Positions 36,201 through 45,853 of a stretch of DNA of 64,000 nucleotides are shown one piece after another. Source of the DNA: Elusimicrobiota bacterium (GTDB lineage: Bacteria > Elusimicrobiota > Elusimicrobia > UBA1565 > JACRDR01); the NCBI GenBank assembly GCA_041694815.1, contig JBGFSC010000029.1, positions 1 to 64,000 on the forward strand, in the 5' to 3' direction. A program made the translations under genes and the position numbers. The notes under the pieces were generated by a model. That model had not been told where the DNA came from. It did not search any database and was given only the letters and a program-made list of their open reading frames with translations. Each line of letters opens with the position of its first letter. The first letter of the stretch is position 1.

Positions 36201-38963
36201 CAGCGCGACCGCGTCCCCGCGGTCGGCCGCCGGTTCCGCCAGGGGCAGCGTAAAGTGGAAGGTCGAGCCCTTCCCCTCCGCGCTTTCCACCCATATCGTG
36301 CCGCCGTGCCCCTCAACGATCTGCTTGACGATCGAAAGGCCCAGTCCCGTGCCACGGACCTGGGAAAAGTCCGGGTGTGCCCGGTGGAAGCGGTCGAAGA
36401 CCAGCGGCAGTTCCTCCTGGGGGATGCCGATGCCGTGATCGCGCACGGAGATCAACGCGTTCTCCTTCTCCGCGTGGGCCTCGATCAGGATGACCGCGCC
36501 TTTCGGGCTGAACTTGATGGCGTTCTCGATGAGATTCTGGAAAATCCGGTAGAGCTGGTGCTTCTGGGCGAGCAGCCTCAGCCCCGGCTCGACCTTGCTG
36601 CGGAGGATCACCTGCTTGCCGCGCGTAAGCGGGCGCAGGCTGCTGGTCACCTCGCGCAGGAAGGTGGCCAACAGAACCGGCTTCGGGCGCAGCTGTCGCT
36701 TCTTGTCCACCTCCAGGGCCGATATCGAGAGCAGATCCTCGACGAGCAGCGAGAGGCGCTTGGCGTGCCGGGCGATCGTCTTGACGAAATCGAGGCGCCG
36801 GCGGCGGTCGTCGAGCCCTCCCCGAAGCAGCGTCTCGGCGAAGCCGGAGATGGCGGCGATGGGGGTACGGAACTCGTGGGAGACGTTGGCCACGAAATCC
36901 ATCTGGTAGCGCTCCTTGGCCTTAAGTATTTCCGTCTCCTTGGCCATGCGCCGGTCGTAGGAAGCCCGCAGCAGGGAGCGGACCCGGGTCACTAGCTCCT
37001 GTGGATGGAAGGGCTTAAATAAGTATTCGTCCGCGCCCGCCTCCCATCCCTCCAGAAGCGCCTGGCGGTTCGTCATGGCCGTCAGCATCACGACCAGGAT
37101 GTCGGCCGTGCGCGGGTCGGATTTGAGCTCCTTGCAGAGCTCCAGGCCGCTTTTGTTGGGCATCATGACGTCGGAGAGCAGGACATCGGGCAGCCAGGCC
37201 CGCGCGATCTCCAGCGCGCTCGAGCCGTCCTTGGCCGCCTTGATCCTGCAGAACCCGTTGAGCAGCGTCGTCACGAATGCGGTGAGCTCCGCGTTGTCCT
37301 CGGCGATGAGCACCTTCGGCAGGTCCAGCCGGCGATCGTCAAGCTCGGTGGGCCCGACGATGCCCTGCTGGTAGAGCTCTATCGCCTTTCGCTCGCCCGG
37401 AGCGAAATCCTCGGCTGGCGCCTCCGCGCGCGGCGCGGCCAGCTCAACGACGAACGTGCTCCCCTTGCCGAACTCGCTGTGCACGTCCACGCTGCCGCCC
37501 AAGAGTGCCGCGAATTCCTTGACCAGCGCCAGGCCCAACCCGGTTCCTTCGAAGCGGCGGGTCGAGGAGACGTGGAATTGGCGGAATTTCTCGAAGAGAT
37601 GCTTGACCTCGTCCGGGTGGATCCCGATGCCGGTGTCCTGCACGCTCAGCCTCAGCCGGTCTTGCTCCCAGCGCAGCGAGACTCCAATCCTGCCCCCCGG
37701 GGGGGTGTATTTGACCGCGTTCGAGAGCAGGTTGAAAGCGATGCGCTCGTAGAGGTAGCGGTCGAGGCGGACCGAGATCTGGGGGGGGTGGGCCTGGAAC
37801 TGGATGTCGAGCTTCTTCTGCTCCATGAGCGGACGGAAATCCTCGAGGATGTAATGCGTCAACTTGACGATGCACAAGGGCTCCGGGTTGATCTCGACCT
37901 TGTTGGCCTCCAGCCGCGCGAAGTCCAGCAGTCCCGTGAGCATCTGAAGCAGGCGGACGGCGTTGTTGTGCATCGTCGAAAGGACGCGGGTCTGCGCCCG
38001 GGCCAATTCCCCGTAATGCCCGGAGAGCAGCGATTCCAAGGGCGCCAGGATCAAGGTCAGGGGGGTCCTCAATTCGTGCGACACGTTGGCGAAAAAGGCG
38101 TCCTTGAGCCTTTCCGTCTCCAGCATGCGCTGGTTGGTGGCGCGCAGCTCCTTCATCCGCTGGGCCAACAGCTCCTCGACATGCTTGCGCTCGGAGATGT
38201 CGCGGTCGACGCCCCGGTAGCCCTTCAGGCGTCCCTGTGAGTCGAGCACCGGCGTGCCGCTGCATTCCAGAAAGCCCAGGCGCCCGTCCTTGCGCACGAT
38301 GCGGTGGGTAAGAAGGTAGAACGGGCGCCGTTCGGCGGCGAAGCGGTTGATGAGGGCCCCGATACGCTCGGCGTCGGCGGCGGGCATGAAGTCGGTGGGC
38401 CTGCGCCCGATCATCTCGGCCGCGGTGTAGCCGAAGATAGAGAGTACGTTCGGGCTGCAATAATTGAAATAACCCTGCTCGTCCGTTTCCCAGAGCAGGT
38501 CGCTCGTGTTTTCGACCAGGTCGCGGAAGCGGGCCTCTTCCTTATGTAGCTCGTCGTTCGTGTTCCACGGGGTCTGGAGGGATAAGAGCCCCACGATCCT
38601 TCCCTGGATCGAGGTGGGCACGTAGTCGGCCCGCGTCTCGATGATGGCTCCGCTTTTACCTTTATGTTTGACGGGGAAGGAGGCGGGCTTTTCCGGGGCG
38701 CGGGTTACGTGGTCGCGGAGGTGGCAGTTGGTGTCGGCGCAGATGTCCGATAGGCGCAGGCTCGAGAACTCCTCGCGCGTGTAGCCGTAATGCTCCATGG
38801 CCGAGTCGTTGACGGCCACGACGGCCTGCGTCGACGTGTCGATGACCCAGCAGGGATGCGGTATCTTGTCGAAGAGCACGCGGTACTGCTCCTCGAATTC
38901 CCTGAATTTTTCGGCCTCGCCGCTGCGCGAGACCAGCGACGGAAGCCGGAAAAGGCTTAACAT
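36183..38963 (-). CDS. Cytoplasmic hybrid sensor kinase PAS-PAS-HK-REC-HK
   Basis: Two PAS domains; H-boxes NVSHELRTP and NVSHEFRTP; two HATPase domains (NAVKY..DTGIG..GTGLGL and NAIKF..DHGIG..GTGLGL); REC (AEDN, SDVMMP, KPF). Confidence 0.93.
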   Translation of the reverse strand: MLSLFRLPSLVSRSGEAEKFREFEEQYRVLFDKIPHPCWVIDTSTQAVVAVNDSAMEHYGYTREEFSSLRLSDICADTNCHLRDHVTRAPEKPASFPVKHKGKSGAIIETRADYVPTSIQGRIVGLLSLQTPWNTNDELHKEEARFRDLVENTSDLLWETDEQGYFNYCSPNVLSIFGYTAAEMIGRRPTDFMPAADAERIGALINRFAAERRPFYLLTHRIVRKDGRLGFLECSGTPVLDSQGRLKGYRGVDRDISERKHVEELLAQRMKELRATNQRMLETERLKDAFFANVSHELRTPLTLILAPLESLLSGHYGELARAQTRVLSTMHNNAVRLLQMLTGLLDFARLEANKVEINPEPLCIVKLTHYILEDFRPLMEQKKLDIQFQAHPPQISVRLDRYLYERIAFNLLSNAVKYTPPGGRIGVSLRWEQDRLRLSVQDTGIGIHPDEVKHLFEKFRQFHVSSTRRFEGTGLGLALVKEFAALLGGSVDVHSEFGKGSTFVVELAAPRAEAPAEDFAPGERKAIELYQQGIVGPTELDDRRLDLPKVLIAEDNAELTAFVTTLLNGFCRIKAAKDGSSALEIARAWLPDVLLSDVMMPNKSGLELCKELKSDPRTADILVVMLTAMTNRQALLEGWEAGADEYLFKPFHPQELVTRVRSLLRASYDRRMAKETEILKAKERYQMDFVANVSHEFRTPIAAISGFAETLLRGGLDDRRRRLDFVKTIARHAKRLSLLVEDLLSISALEVDKKRQLRPKPVLLATFLREVTSSLRPLTRGKQVILRSKVEPGLRLLAQKHQLYRIFQNLIENAIKFSPKGAVILIEAHAEKENALISVRDHGIGIPQEELPLVFDRFHRAHPDFSQVRGTGLGLSIVKQIVEGHGGTIWVESAEGKGSTFHFTLPLAEPAADRGDAVALLTKQP

Positions 38964-39020
38964 AAAACAATATTATAGCCTACAATTCCGTCGAAAAAGC
39001 GGCCAGCGGCGTGTAATTAT

Positions 39021-41222
39021 TTATTGACGAAGATTTGACCGCGGTTTAAAAATCCTCTGAAGCCAGCCCGAGACGCCGCCCGGGTGGGCCGCGCAGAGGG
39101 CGGGCTCGGTGTCCGGCAAGAAATATTCCAGGTAACGTGTCGGACAGCCGGTCCGCGCGCGCAGACCATTGGAGGGGTCGATCCACGCGGAGCGCAGCTC
39201 CGCCGGCTTGAGCGGCGCCTCCGGCTCCGTCGTGAGCCCTGCGGAACCCATGAATCGCTCCCAGATGGGCAGCGCCGCCGAGGCCCCGCTCCTGGCGGAT
39301 GGGGTGGGCCTGTCCTCCCCGGTCCAGACGCCGCAGGCTAGGCCCGGGGCATAGCCGATGAACCACGCGTCGCGCCCCTGATCCGTCGTGCCGGTCTTGC
39401 CGGCCGCGACTTTTCCGATGGGCGAGGCCGAGAGGGCGCGCGCCGTCCCCGACGTGACCACCTCGCGCAGCAGGCTGTGCATCAACCAGGCCTCGGCCGT
39501 TGAAAGCACCCGCAGCTTCGCGGGGCGGCGGTATTCCAGGATGTCTCCGGTCCCCTCTTGGACGGCCTCGATGGCGTAGGGGTCGACGCGCAAGCCCCCG
39601 TTGCCGAAGGGGCAGTAGGCGGCGGTGAGCTCCAGCAGGGTCACTTCCGAGGCGCCCAACGCCAGCCCGAGCTCGGGTTTAAGCGGGCTCGCTATACTTA
39701 AGCTTCTCGCGTAGGCGATGATCCGCGCGGGGGTCACGTGCGCGGCCAAGTCGATGGTCGCGGCGTTGAGCGAATCGGCGAAGGCCCGCCGGAGCGCCAC
39801 GTCGCCGCGGTAGGAGCCGTCGTAGTTGCGCGGCGTCCAGTAGCCTTCCGGTAGACGGTAGCTGCGTGGCCGGTCCGAAAGCATCGTGGCGGCGGTCCAA
39901 GGGCCGGGACCGGAGGAGGCGCGCAGCGCCGCGCCGTAGACAAAAGGCTTAAAGGCGGAGCCCGGCTGGCGCCTGGCCGAAACGGCGCGATTGAACGGGC
40001 TGGAGGCGAAATCCTTGCCGCCGACCAAGGCCCGGATCTCGCCGGTCGATGGATCGAGCGCGACAAGGGCCGCCTGATGCCGAGCCAGCGACACCGCCCG
40101 CTGCGCCTGTTCCTGCAGCCACGGATCCAGGGTCGTGTAGATCGTCAGCCCTCGGGTGAATAGGTTGCGCTCCGGGTAGCGCTTTTCGAGGTCTTCCTGC
40201 ACGTATGCGGCGAAGAAGTCCGCGGGGCGGGCCGGCTGATGTCCTCCCTTGGAAATCCTGAGCGGCTCGAGCCTGGCGCGTGCGAGCTCAGCGTCGGTCA
40301 CAAGGCCTTGAGAGCGCATCGACTCCAGGACGAGGAGGCGGCGCCGCAGGGCCTCGTCCGGATCGCGGAAAGGATTATAGCGGTAAGGCGAGGCGAGCAT
40401 GCCGGCCAACAGGGCCGATTCGCCGAGCGTCAGGCGGTCGGCCGTCTTGTCGAAAAAGAAGCGGGAGGCCGCTTGGATCCCGCAGATGCTGACCGGCCCA
40501 TCCTGCCCGAAATAGACTTGGTCGAGATACATCCGCAGTATCTCCGTCTTACTGTAGCGCGCTTCCAGATAGAAGGCCCACAGCATTTCGCGGATCTTGC
40601 GCCAGAAGCTGCGGCGTGGGGAAAGGTAGAGGTTGCGCGCGAGCTGCTGGGTGATGGTACTGCCTCCCTCCGCCAACCGCCTCTGGGTAAGGTCGCGCCA
40701 GGCGGCCCGCGCGAGCCCGCGGAGGTCGACGCCGTGATGCGAAAAAAAGCGCCGGTCCTCCGTGGCGACGACGGCCAAGGCTAGATGCACAGGCACCTTT
40801 TCCCAGTCGATTGGTTCCCGGCGCACGCGCCTGGGGCCGGAAATCTCGTAGAGCAGCTCCGGCTCCAGCCAGGCGGATTCGACCGAGAGCTTCAATTTCC
40901 CGTCGCCGAAGGAAGCCCGGAGCAGGGAAGGGGCGATTTGACGTAGCGGCGACGAAAACCCGCGCAAGTGGATTTCGTAGCCGCCGTCGGCGCGGCGGTA
41001 GGTGCCCGGCGGCAGAGGGGCGGCGTCTAAGGCCTGGTAGCGCAGGCGAGAGAGCCTCTGGAGCCATTGCGCCTCGTCTAACGCCATGCGGTTCTTGAGC
41101 GCGAACGGCGCTCCGAATATCCGTGTCGGGTAGGGCGTAAGCCAGTCCCCGGAAGGGAGCTTCGAGCATCCCGCCGCCAGGAGCAGCAAGAGGGAAAGAC
41201 GCCTTAAAAGGGAAATTTCCAG
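39021..41222 (-). CDS. mrcB: Class A penicillin-binding protein (PBP1B-like); start uncertain
   Basis: Transglycosylase motifs EDRRFFSHHGVD, GGSTITQQL, RKIRE; transpeptidase motifs SAFK, SLN, KTG; short UB2H-like segment; LAAGC lipobox-like. Confidence 0.88.
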   Translation of the reverse strand: MEISLLRRLSLLLLLAAGCSKLPSGDWLTPYPTRIFGAPFALKNRMALDEAQWLQRLSRLRYQALDAAPLPPGTYRRADGGYEIHLRGFSSPLRQIAPSLLRASFGDGKLKLSVESAWLEPELLYEISGPRRVRREPIDWEKVPVHLALAVVATEDRRFFSHHGVDLRGLARAAWRDLTQRRLAEGGSTITQQLARNLYLSPRRSFWRKIREMLWAFYLEARYSKTEILRMYLDQVYFGQDGPVSICGIQAASRFFFDKTADRLTLGESALLAGMLASPYRYNPFRDPDEALRRRLLVLESMRSQGLVTDAELARARLEPLRISKGGHQPARPADFFAAYVQEDLEKRYPERNLFTRGLTIYTTLDPWLQEQAQRAVSLARHQAALVALDPSTGEIRALVGGKDFASSPFNRAVSARRQPGSAFKPFVYGAALRASSGPGPWTAATMLSDRPRSYRLPEGYWTPRNYDGSYRGDVALRRAFADSLNAATIDLAAHVTPARIIAYARSLSIASPLKPELGLALGASEVTLLELTAAYCPFGNGGLRVDPYAIEAVQEGTGDILEYRRPAKLRVLSTAEAWLMHSLLREVVTSGTARALSASPIGKVAAGKTGTTDQGRDAWFIGYAPGLACGVWTGEDRPTPSARSGASAALPIWERFMGSAGLTTEPEAPLKPAELRSAWIDPSNGLRARTGCPTRYLEYFLPDTEPALCAAHPGGVSGWLQRIFKPRSNLRQ

Positions 41223-42523
41223 ACGGAGGTTTTGCCGGTGGAGCCCACGACCGCGACGAAAATGCTGGAGGCCTTCGCGTCGGCGGGATAGACGGCCAGG
41301 TCGGCGGCATATCCCGTCAACACGGCCTTCCACTCGGGTTCCAGGGCCAGTTGATTCCAGCGGAGACGGTGGAGCTCCGACTGCCCATACACCCCGAAGG
41401 CGTCGGCCAGCGCTCCCAATTTCGGGATATTGCGCAGCGCGTAGACGCCGTAAAAGCCCTGCTGGGAGCGCTTCGGCGCCAGTCGCGGGTAGAATTTAAG
41501 GAGGCGATCGTACCAACGGACGCGGCTGGACGTTTGGCCGTAGCTCTCGGGACTCGACCAGGTTTTCTTGACGAATTGGATACGTATGGAGCCTGAATCC
41601 ATGAAGGCGAGGTGTATCGGCTCTCCGTCTTCGGGCGTCTCGGCCATGGCGAAGCCGTAAAGCCACTCGAGGCGTTTCCTCCGGACGGGGGGGGCGCCGA
41701 GGGCGTAGCGCCCTTTGCGGTGTTCCAGCGGGAAAATGCCGCCGAACGGAAACGACTTGTCTTGGAGCAGGGCTTGGGCGGCCAGGCGCCACGTCCCCGT
41801 GGCGTCGGGATAGGAGCGTACCATCCACGGCAGAGTGGCGGAGGTTTGGAATTTTCCGCCACCGCATTGGAGCACCGCCGTCTCGACGCGGTTGAAGAAT
41901 TCATTGTGATACGTGGCGAAGACCTCGGCCTTGCCGTCCCCGTCTAAGTCCGCGGCCTCCAGGGAGAGTAGCTCGAAGCCGGTCGCCTGGCTGTCGAAGG
42001 AGCAGATCTCCGCCCAGGGGCGCCCATCGTCGGCGGGAAAGGCCAGCACCCGGCTCTTGCCTCCGACGACTAGCTCCGGCTTTCCGTCGCCGTCGACGTC
42101 CGCGACGGCCAAATCGCGCGCGGCGATGTCGATCACGGGGCTCCGCCATTCGGGGGGATGGGACGGCTCGCTCGGGGCGGCCGGTTCGGGGGCCGAGACG
42201 CCCTCGATGCGCACCCTTTGGCCGGCGGCGACACCCTCGGCGTCCGCCTGGAGCAGGCCGGTCGAATAGGCTGGGGCTACCTCCGTGATCCGGCCCCGTG
42301 ACACGGTTTTCTCGATGCGGCCGAGCGAAACCCCCGAGACGGGATGCTTGAGTTCCTCTCCCTGCGAAAAGACGACGAAGTCCTGTCCCGCCGCGACGCC
42401 GCTGCTTACGCCGAGGTCCAGATACACGGTCCGGGAATCGACCTTAACGACATAGCCGACCAGCGAGGAGGCGTGAAGGACGGCCGCCAAGCCGAGGAGC
42501 GCGGAAAGAATCACCGCCGACAA
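41204..42523 (-). CDS. Secreted protein with FlgT-C-like N-terminal beta domain and FG-GAP/VCBS repeats
   Basis: VYLDLG..G...GQ.F.V...GEELKHPVSG; VADVDGDGKPELVV; AADLDGDGKAEVF; TTG start. Confidence 0.75.
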   Translation of the reverse strand: MSAVILSALLGLAAVLHASSLVGYVVKVDSRTVYLDLGVSSGVAAGQDFVVFSQGEELKHPVSGVSLGRIEKTVSRGRITEVAPAYSTGLLQADAEGVAAGQRVRIEGVSAPEPAAPSEPSHPPEWRSPVIDIAARDLAVADVDGDGKPELVVGGKSRVLAFPADDGRPWAEICSFDSQATGFELLSLEAADLDGDGKAEVFATYHNEFFNRVETAVLQCGGGKFQTSATLPWMVRSYPDATGTWRLAAQALLQDKSFPFGGIFPLEHRKGRYALGAPPVRRKRLEWLYGFAMAETPEDGEPIHLAFMDSGSIRIQFVKKTWSSPESYGQTSSRVRWYDRLLKFYPRLAPKRSQQGFYGVYALRNIPKLGALADAFGVYGQSELHRLRWNQLALEPEWKAVLTGYAADLAVYPADAKASSIFVAVVGSTGKTSVWKFPF

Positions 42524-42548
42524 GATACCATTTTGTTAAGATGAAAAG

Positions 42549-43847
42549 ATGAGCGATTATTCGCCGACGGGCTTTAGCGACGATCTGCTGCGCATCCTGG
42601 CCCGGGCGGAGACGTCGCGCTACGCCCGCCGCGGCGTGCCCGTGGCCTTCAAGCCGCGTTCGCTGCGGCCCTGGCTGGAGCCGCTCGGCAATCTAGTGGG
42701 CCTGCTGCTGCGGGTCGCCCTCGGGCTGCTGCCGCCCTCTTGGAGCCGTTCCTTCCAGGACGCCGCCTTCAGGCGATTGGCCCGCACCAACGCCCCCGCA
42801 GCGGAGATCGGCGCGGCCGCTTCGGCGACGCGGGAATTGGCGGCGCGGCTGCAGGGCCGCTCCGGCCGGCCGGCTGCCGTGCTTTGCCTTTTCTCGCACC
42901 CTCCGGTCACGGGGCAATGGCTTCACCTCAACGTCGAGCTCGCGCGCCAGTCCCTCTGCGTCCTGCACGAAATAGGGCTTTCGAGCCGCAGGCCCCAGCT
43001 GCTTGTCGCCGTCGACCCTTTCGCCCTCGACAGCTTCGGCCTGCTCTTGGAGGGCGTTTACGCGGGTCTCATGGGCCGCTACCATCTCGGCTTCGACCGG
43101 CTTTCCTCGCGCCGGGGGAATCTCGCGCGGCAGCTGGGGGGCGACGCGGGTTTCGAGCGCATCGCCTGGCGGCTAAGGACCGCCTTGCGCCGGAGGGGAC
43201 GGGTGGCCCTGGCGCTGGGGGGCGGCGTGCCCGCCACGAGCCGCGCGCTCTACGCCGCCAAGGAGTACGTCATCGGCCTTCGGCGCGCGGGGCGCTTCGG
43301 TTCTCCCGGAGAGGCGTTTAAGGTGTTGCGCTCAGGGTCTACGGACTTCGCGGATTTCTGCGCCTCCGACTTGGTGGGGGAGCGCCTCAAAAAAAACGCG
43401 TGGCGGATGATGGAAGCCTGGCTCATCGCCACGGTGACCGGGGCCTGGCCGCCGGAGGAGGAGGCCGCGGTGGATTCCGGGTCCCTCTCTCCGAGAGGGG
43501 AGGCGGCGTTTGAGGCCTGCGCCCGCGCCATGGGGCTCGAGGAGGAGCAGGCCCGGGCCGAAGTCGAGGGGCTCCGGCGGGAATTCTCGCGCGAGACACC
43601 GTACCGCCGCCGCCTCTTTCGTTTCCTTTTTTCCGAGGTCGCGGCCCGGGGCACTCCGCTGCTCCTGCTTCCCCTGAGCCATGGGTCGGCCTCGCGGCCG
43701 CGGATCGCCTTCGGGCCTCCCGTGGGGTTGAGCGCGGCCTCGGCTTCGCGCGAGGAGGCCGCGCTTTGGACCTTGGATTCCGACCGGCCGCGCGTCATCT
43801 CGGCGGGGCCCTTCGCCGAGGATTTCGTCGCGCGGAATTTCCTATAG
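42549..43847 (+). CDS. Hypothetical protein
   Basis: 432-aa ORF with host-like codon usage filling the gap; TGtTAAGAT 6 nt before the ATG. Confidence 0.7.
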   Translation: MSDYSPTGFSDDLLRILARAETSRYARRGVPVAFKPRSLRPWLEPLGNLVGLLLRVALGLLPPSWSRSFQDAAFRRLARTNAPAAEIGAAASATRELAARLQGRSGRPAAVLCLFSHPPVTGQWLHLNVELARQSLCVLHEIGLSSRRPQLLVAVDPFALDSFGLLLEGVYAGLMGRYHLGFDRLSSRRGNLARQLGGDAGFERIAWRLRTALRRRGRVALALGGGVPATSRALYAAKEYVIGLRRAGRFGSPGEAFKVLRSGSTDFADFCASDLVGERLKKNAWRMMEAWLIATVTGAWPPEEEAAVDSGSLSPRGEAAFEACARAMGLEEEQARAEVEGLRREFSRETPYRRRLFRFLFSEVAARGTPLLLLPLSHGSASRPRIAFGPPVGLSAASASREEAALWTLDSDRPRVISAGPFAEDFVARNFL

Positions 43848-44834
43848 AATCCGGGCCAACGCCCCCGCCGCCGCGACGGCGAGCAGGGTCCCGGCGAGCG
43901 CGGCGCGGTGGGTGGCGAGCCAAAGCTGGGGACTTCGGTGGGCCGCCCGATAGCTGAAAATGCCGTGCGCCCCGCGGTCGCCGGGCAGGGGCTGCCATAG
44001 ATTATCCTTGCGATCCGGTTCGACCAGGAACTCGGCCTGCTGCGAGCGGTAGGCCGTGCGGGCCAGGTAGCGGTCGACTAGGCCGGGCGCTAAATGGTTG
44101 GCCACGATGGCCGCGAACGTGCTGATGCCGACGTTGAGCTCGCGGCGCGGGTGATGCGCGGCCCAGTGTATCGCCCGCGCGGCGACCTCGGGTTGGTAGA
44201 TGGGTGGCACCGGCTGCGGGTGGTGAGGCAGCCGGCTCTTGACCCAGTCGAACTGCGGCGTGTTGAGCGCCGGCAGCTGGACCATGGTCACGCGCACCCG
44301 GCTGCGGCCGTGCAGGAGCTCCGAGCGCAGGGATTCCGTAAAGCCCTGCACCGCGTGCTTGGCGCCGCAATAGGCGGCCTGCAGCGGGATGCCGCGATAG
44401 GCCAGCGCGGAGCCCACCTGGACGATCACCCCGCGCTCGCGCGGGAGCATGCGCCGCAGCGCCGCCAAGGTCCCGTAGACCGTCCCGAGATAGGTGACCT
44501 CCGTCACGCGCCGTATCTCCTCCGCCGAGGTCTCCTCCACGGGAGAGAATACCGAGAGCATCGCGTTGTTGATCCAGACATCGATCGGTCCGAGCGCCTC
44601 CTCGATCCTTGCGGCGGCCTCCTCCATACGCGCCGGCTCCGAGACATCGGCTTGCACCACGCAGCAGCGCCGGCCCATCGACTCGATCTCCCGGCGCGCG
44701 GCCTCGAGTCCATCGAGCCCGCGGGCGATCAGGCCCAGGTCGGCGCCGCGCCGGGCGAACAGGCGGGCGGTGGCCCGGCCGACTCCCGCCGACCCTCCCG
44801 TGATGACGACGACTTCCCGTTTCGCGCTATCCAT
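43842..44834 (-). CDS. SDR family oxidoreductase
   Basis: TGGSAGVG, NNA, YCGAK (YxxxK). Confidence 0.95.
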   Translation of the reverse strand: MDSAKREVVVITGGSAGVGRATARLFARRGADLGLIARGLDGLEAARREIESMGRRCCVVQADVSEPARMEEAAARIEEALGPIDVWINNAMLSVFSPVEETSAEEIRRVTEVTYLGTVYGTLAALRRMLPRERGVIVQVGSALAYRGIPLQAAYCGAKHAVQGFTESLRSELLHGRSRVRVTMVQLPALNTPQFDWVKSRLPHHPQPVPPIYQPEVAARAIHWAAHHPRRELNVGISTFAAIVANHLAPGLVDRYLARTAYRSQQAEFLVEPDRKDNLWQPLPGDRGAHGIFSYRAAHRSPQLWLATHRAALAGTLLAVAAAGALARIL

Positions 44835-44939
44835 TCCGCCGCCATTGTATCAGCGGCCCATCGAGGGCCCGTGACGGGCGCGGCTCATTTTTTAGACCTC
44901 GGGGGAATATTGTATAGTGCGCCGAGCGCCGGCTAGCCT

Positions 44940-45839
44940 ATGAATACGCAGGTTTACTCCAACGCCAACGAGCTCCGCGGGTTCTCCGTCAAGAACTGCG
45001 CCTCGATGCCGCTGCCCGGCTCGGTGCTGATGTGCCCGCCGGACTACTACGACGTCATCGACGTCAAGAACCCCTTCATGACCGGCAAGGCCGGCACCGT
45101 GGACAAGGGCCTAGCGCAGGCCCAGTGGGAGGCCGTCGGCGAGGCCTACGCCCGCCACGGCAAGACCGTCAAGACGATCGCGCCGGCGCCCGGACTCGAG
45201 GACATGGTGTTTTGCGCCAACACCAGCATGACCGGCCTGAGCGCCCGCATGGAGAAGATCTGCCTGCCCAGCCGCATGCGCCATCCCTCGCGGCGGCGGG
45301 AGGTCCCTCCCTTCGAGGCCTGGTTCAAGGACGAGGGCTACCGGATCGCCAAGCTTTCCGACCCGACGGCGATGTTCGAGGGCATGGGCGATTGCATGTG
45401 GCATCCCGGCAAGAGGCTGCTCTGGGGCGCGCACGGGTTCCGCTCCGACGCCGAGGTCTACGGGGAAGTGGCGAAAATATTCGAGGCCCCGGTAATCCTG
45501 CTGCGCTTAGTCAACGAGCGCTTCTATCACCTCGACACATGCTTCTGCCCGCTGACCCAGGAAGCCGTGTTGATCTATCCTTCCGCCTTCGATCCCGAAA
45601 GCCTAGGCCTGATCCTCAAGATTTTCCCTCTCGTGCTCATCGCCGATGAGACGGAGGCCGTCCGACAGCTCGTCTGCAACCTGGCCGTGATCGATTCGCG
45701 GGTCGCCCTCGTCCCCAAGGGAGCCGAGACCGCGGCCCGGCAGATCCGCGCTCTGGGCCTCGAGACCGAGATGCTCGACACCAGCGAATACCTCAAATCC
45801 GGGGCGTCCGTCTTCTGCCTCCGGATGCCGGTATACTAG
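44940..45839 (+). CDS. Amidinotransferase/dimethylargininase (pentein) family protein
   Basis: LMCPPDYY...NPFM, DMVFCAN, FEGMGD, YHLDTCF, KSGASVFCL (catalytic Cys). Confidence 0.9.
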   Translation: MNTQVYSNANELRGFSVKNCASMPLPGSVLMCPPDYYDVIDVKNPFMTGKAGTVDKGLAQAQWEAVGEAYARHGKTVKTIAPAPGLEDMVFCANTSMTGLSARMEKICLPSRMRHPSRRREVPPFEAWFKDEGYRIAKLSDPTAMFEGMGDCMWHPGKRLLWGAHGFRSDAEVYGEVAKIFEAPVILLRLVNERFYHLDTCFCPLTQEAVLIYPSAFDPESLGLILKIFPLVLIADETEAVRQLVCNLAVIDSRVALVPKGAETAARQIRALGLETEMLDTSEYLKSGASVFCLRMPVY

Positions 45840-45853
45840 GGAGCTCTGGTTTT

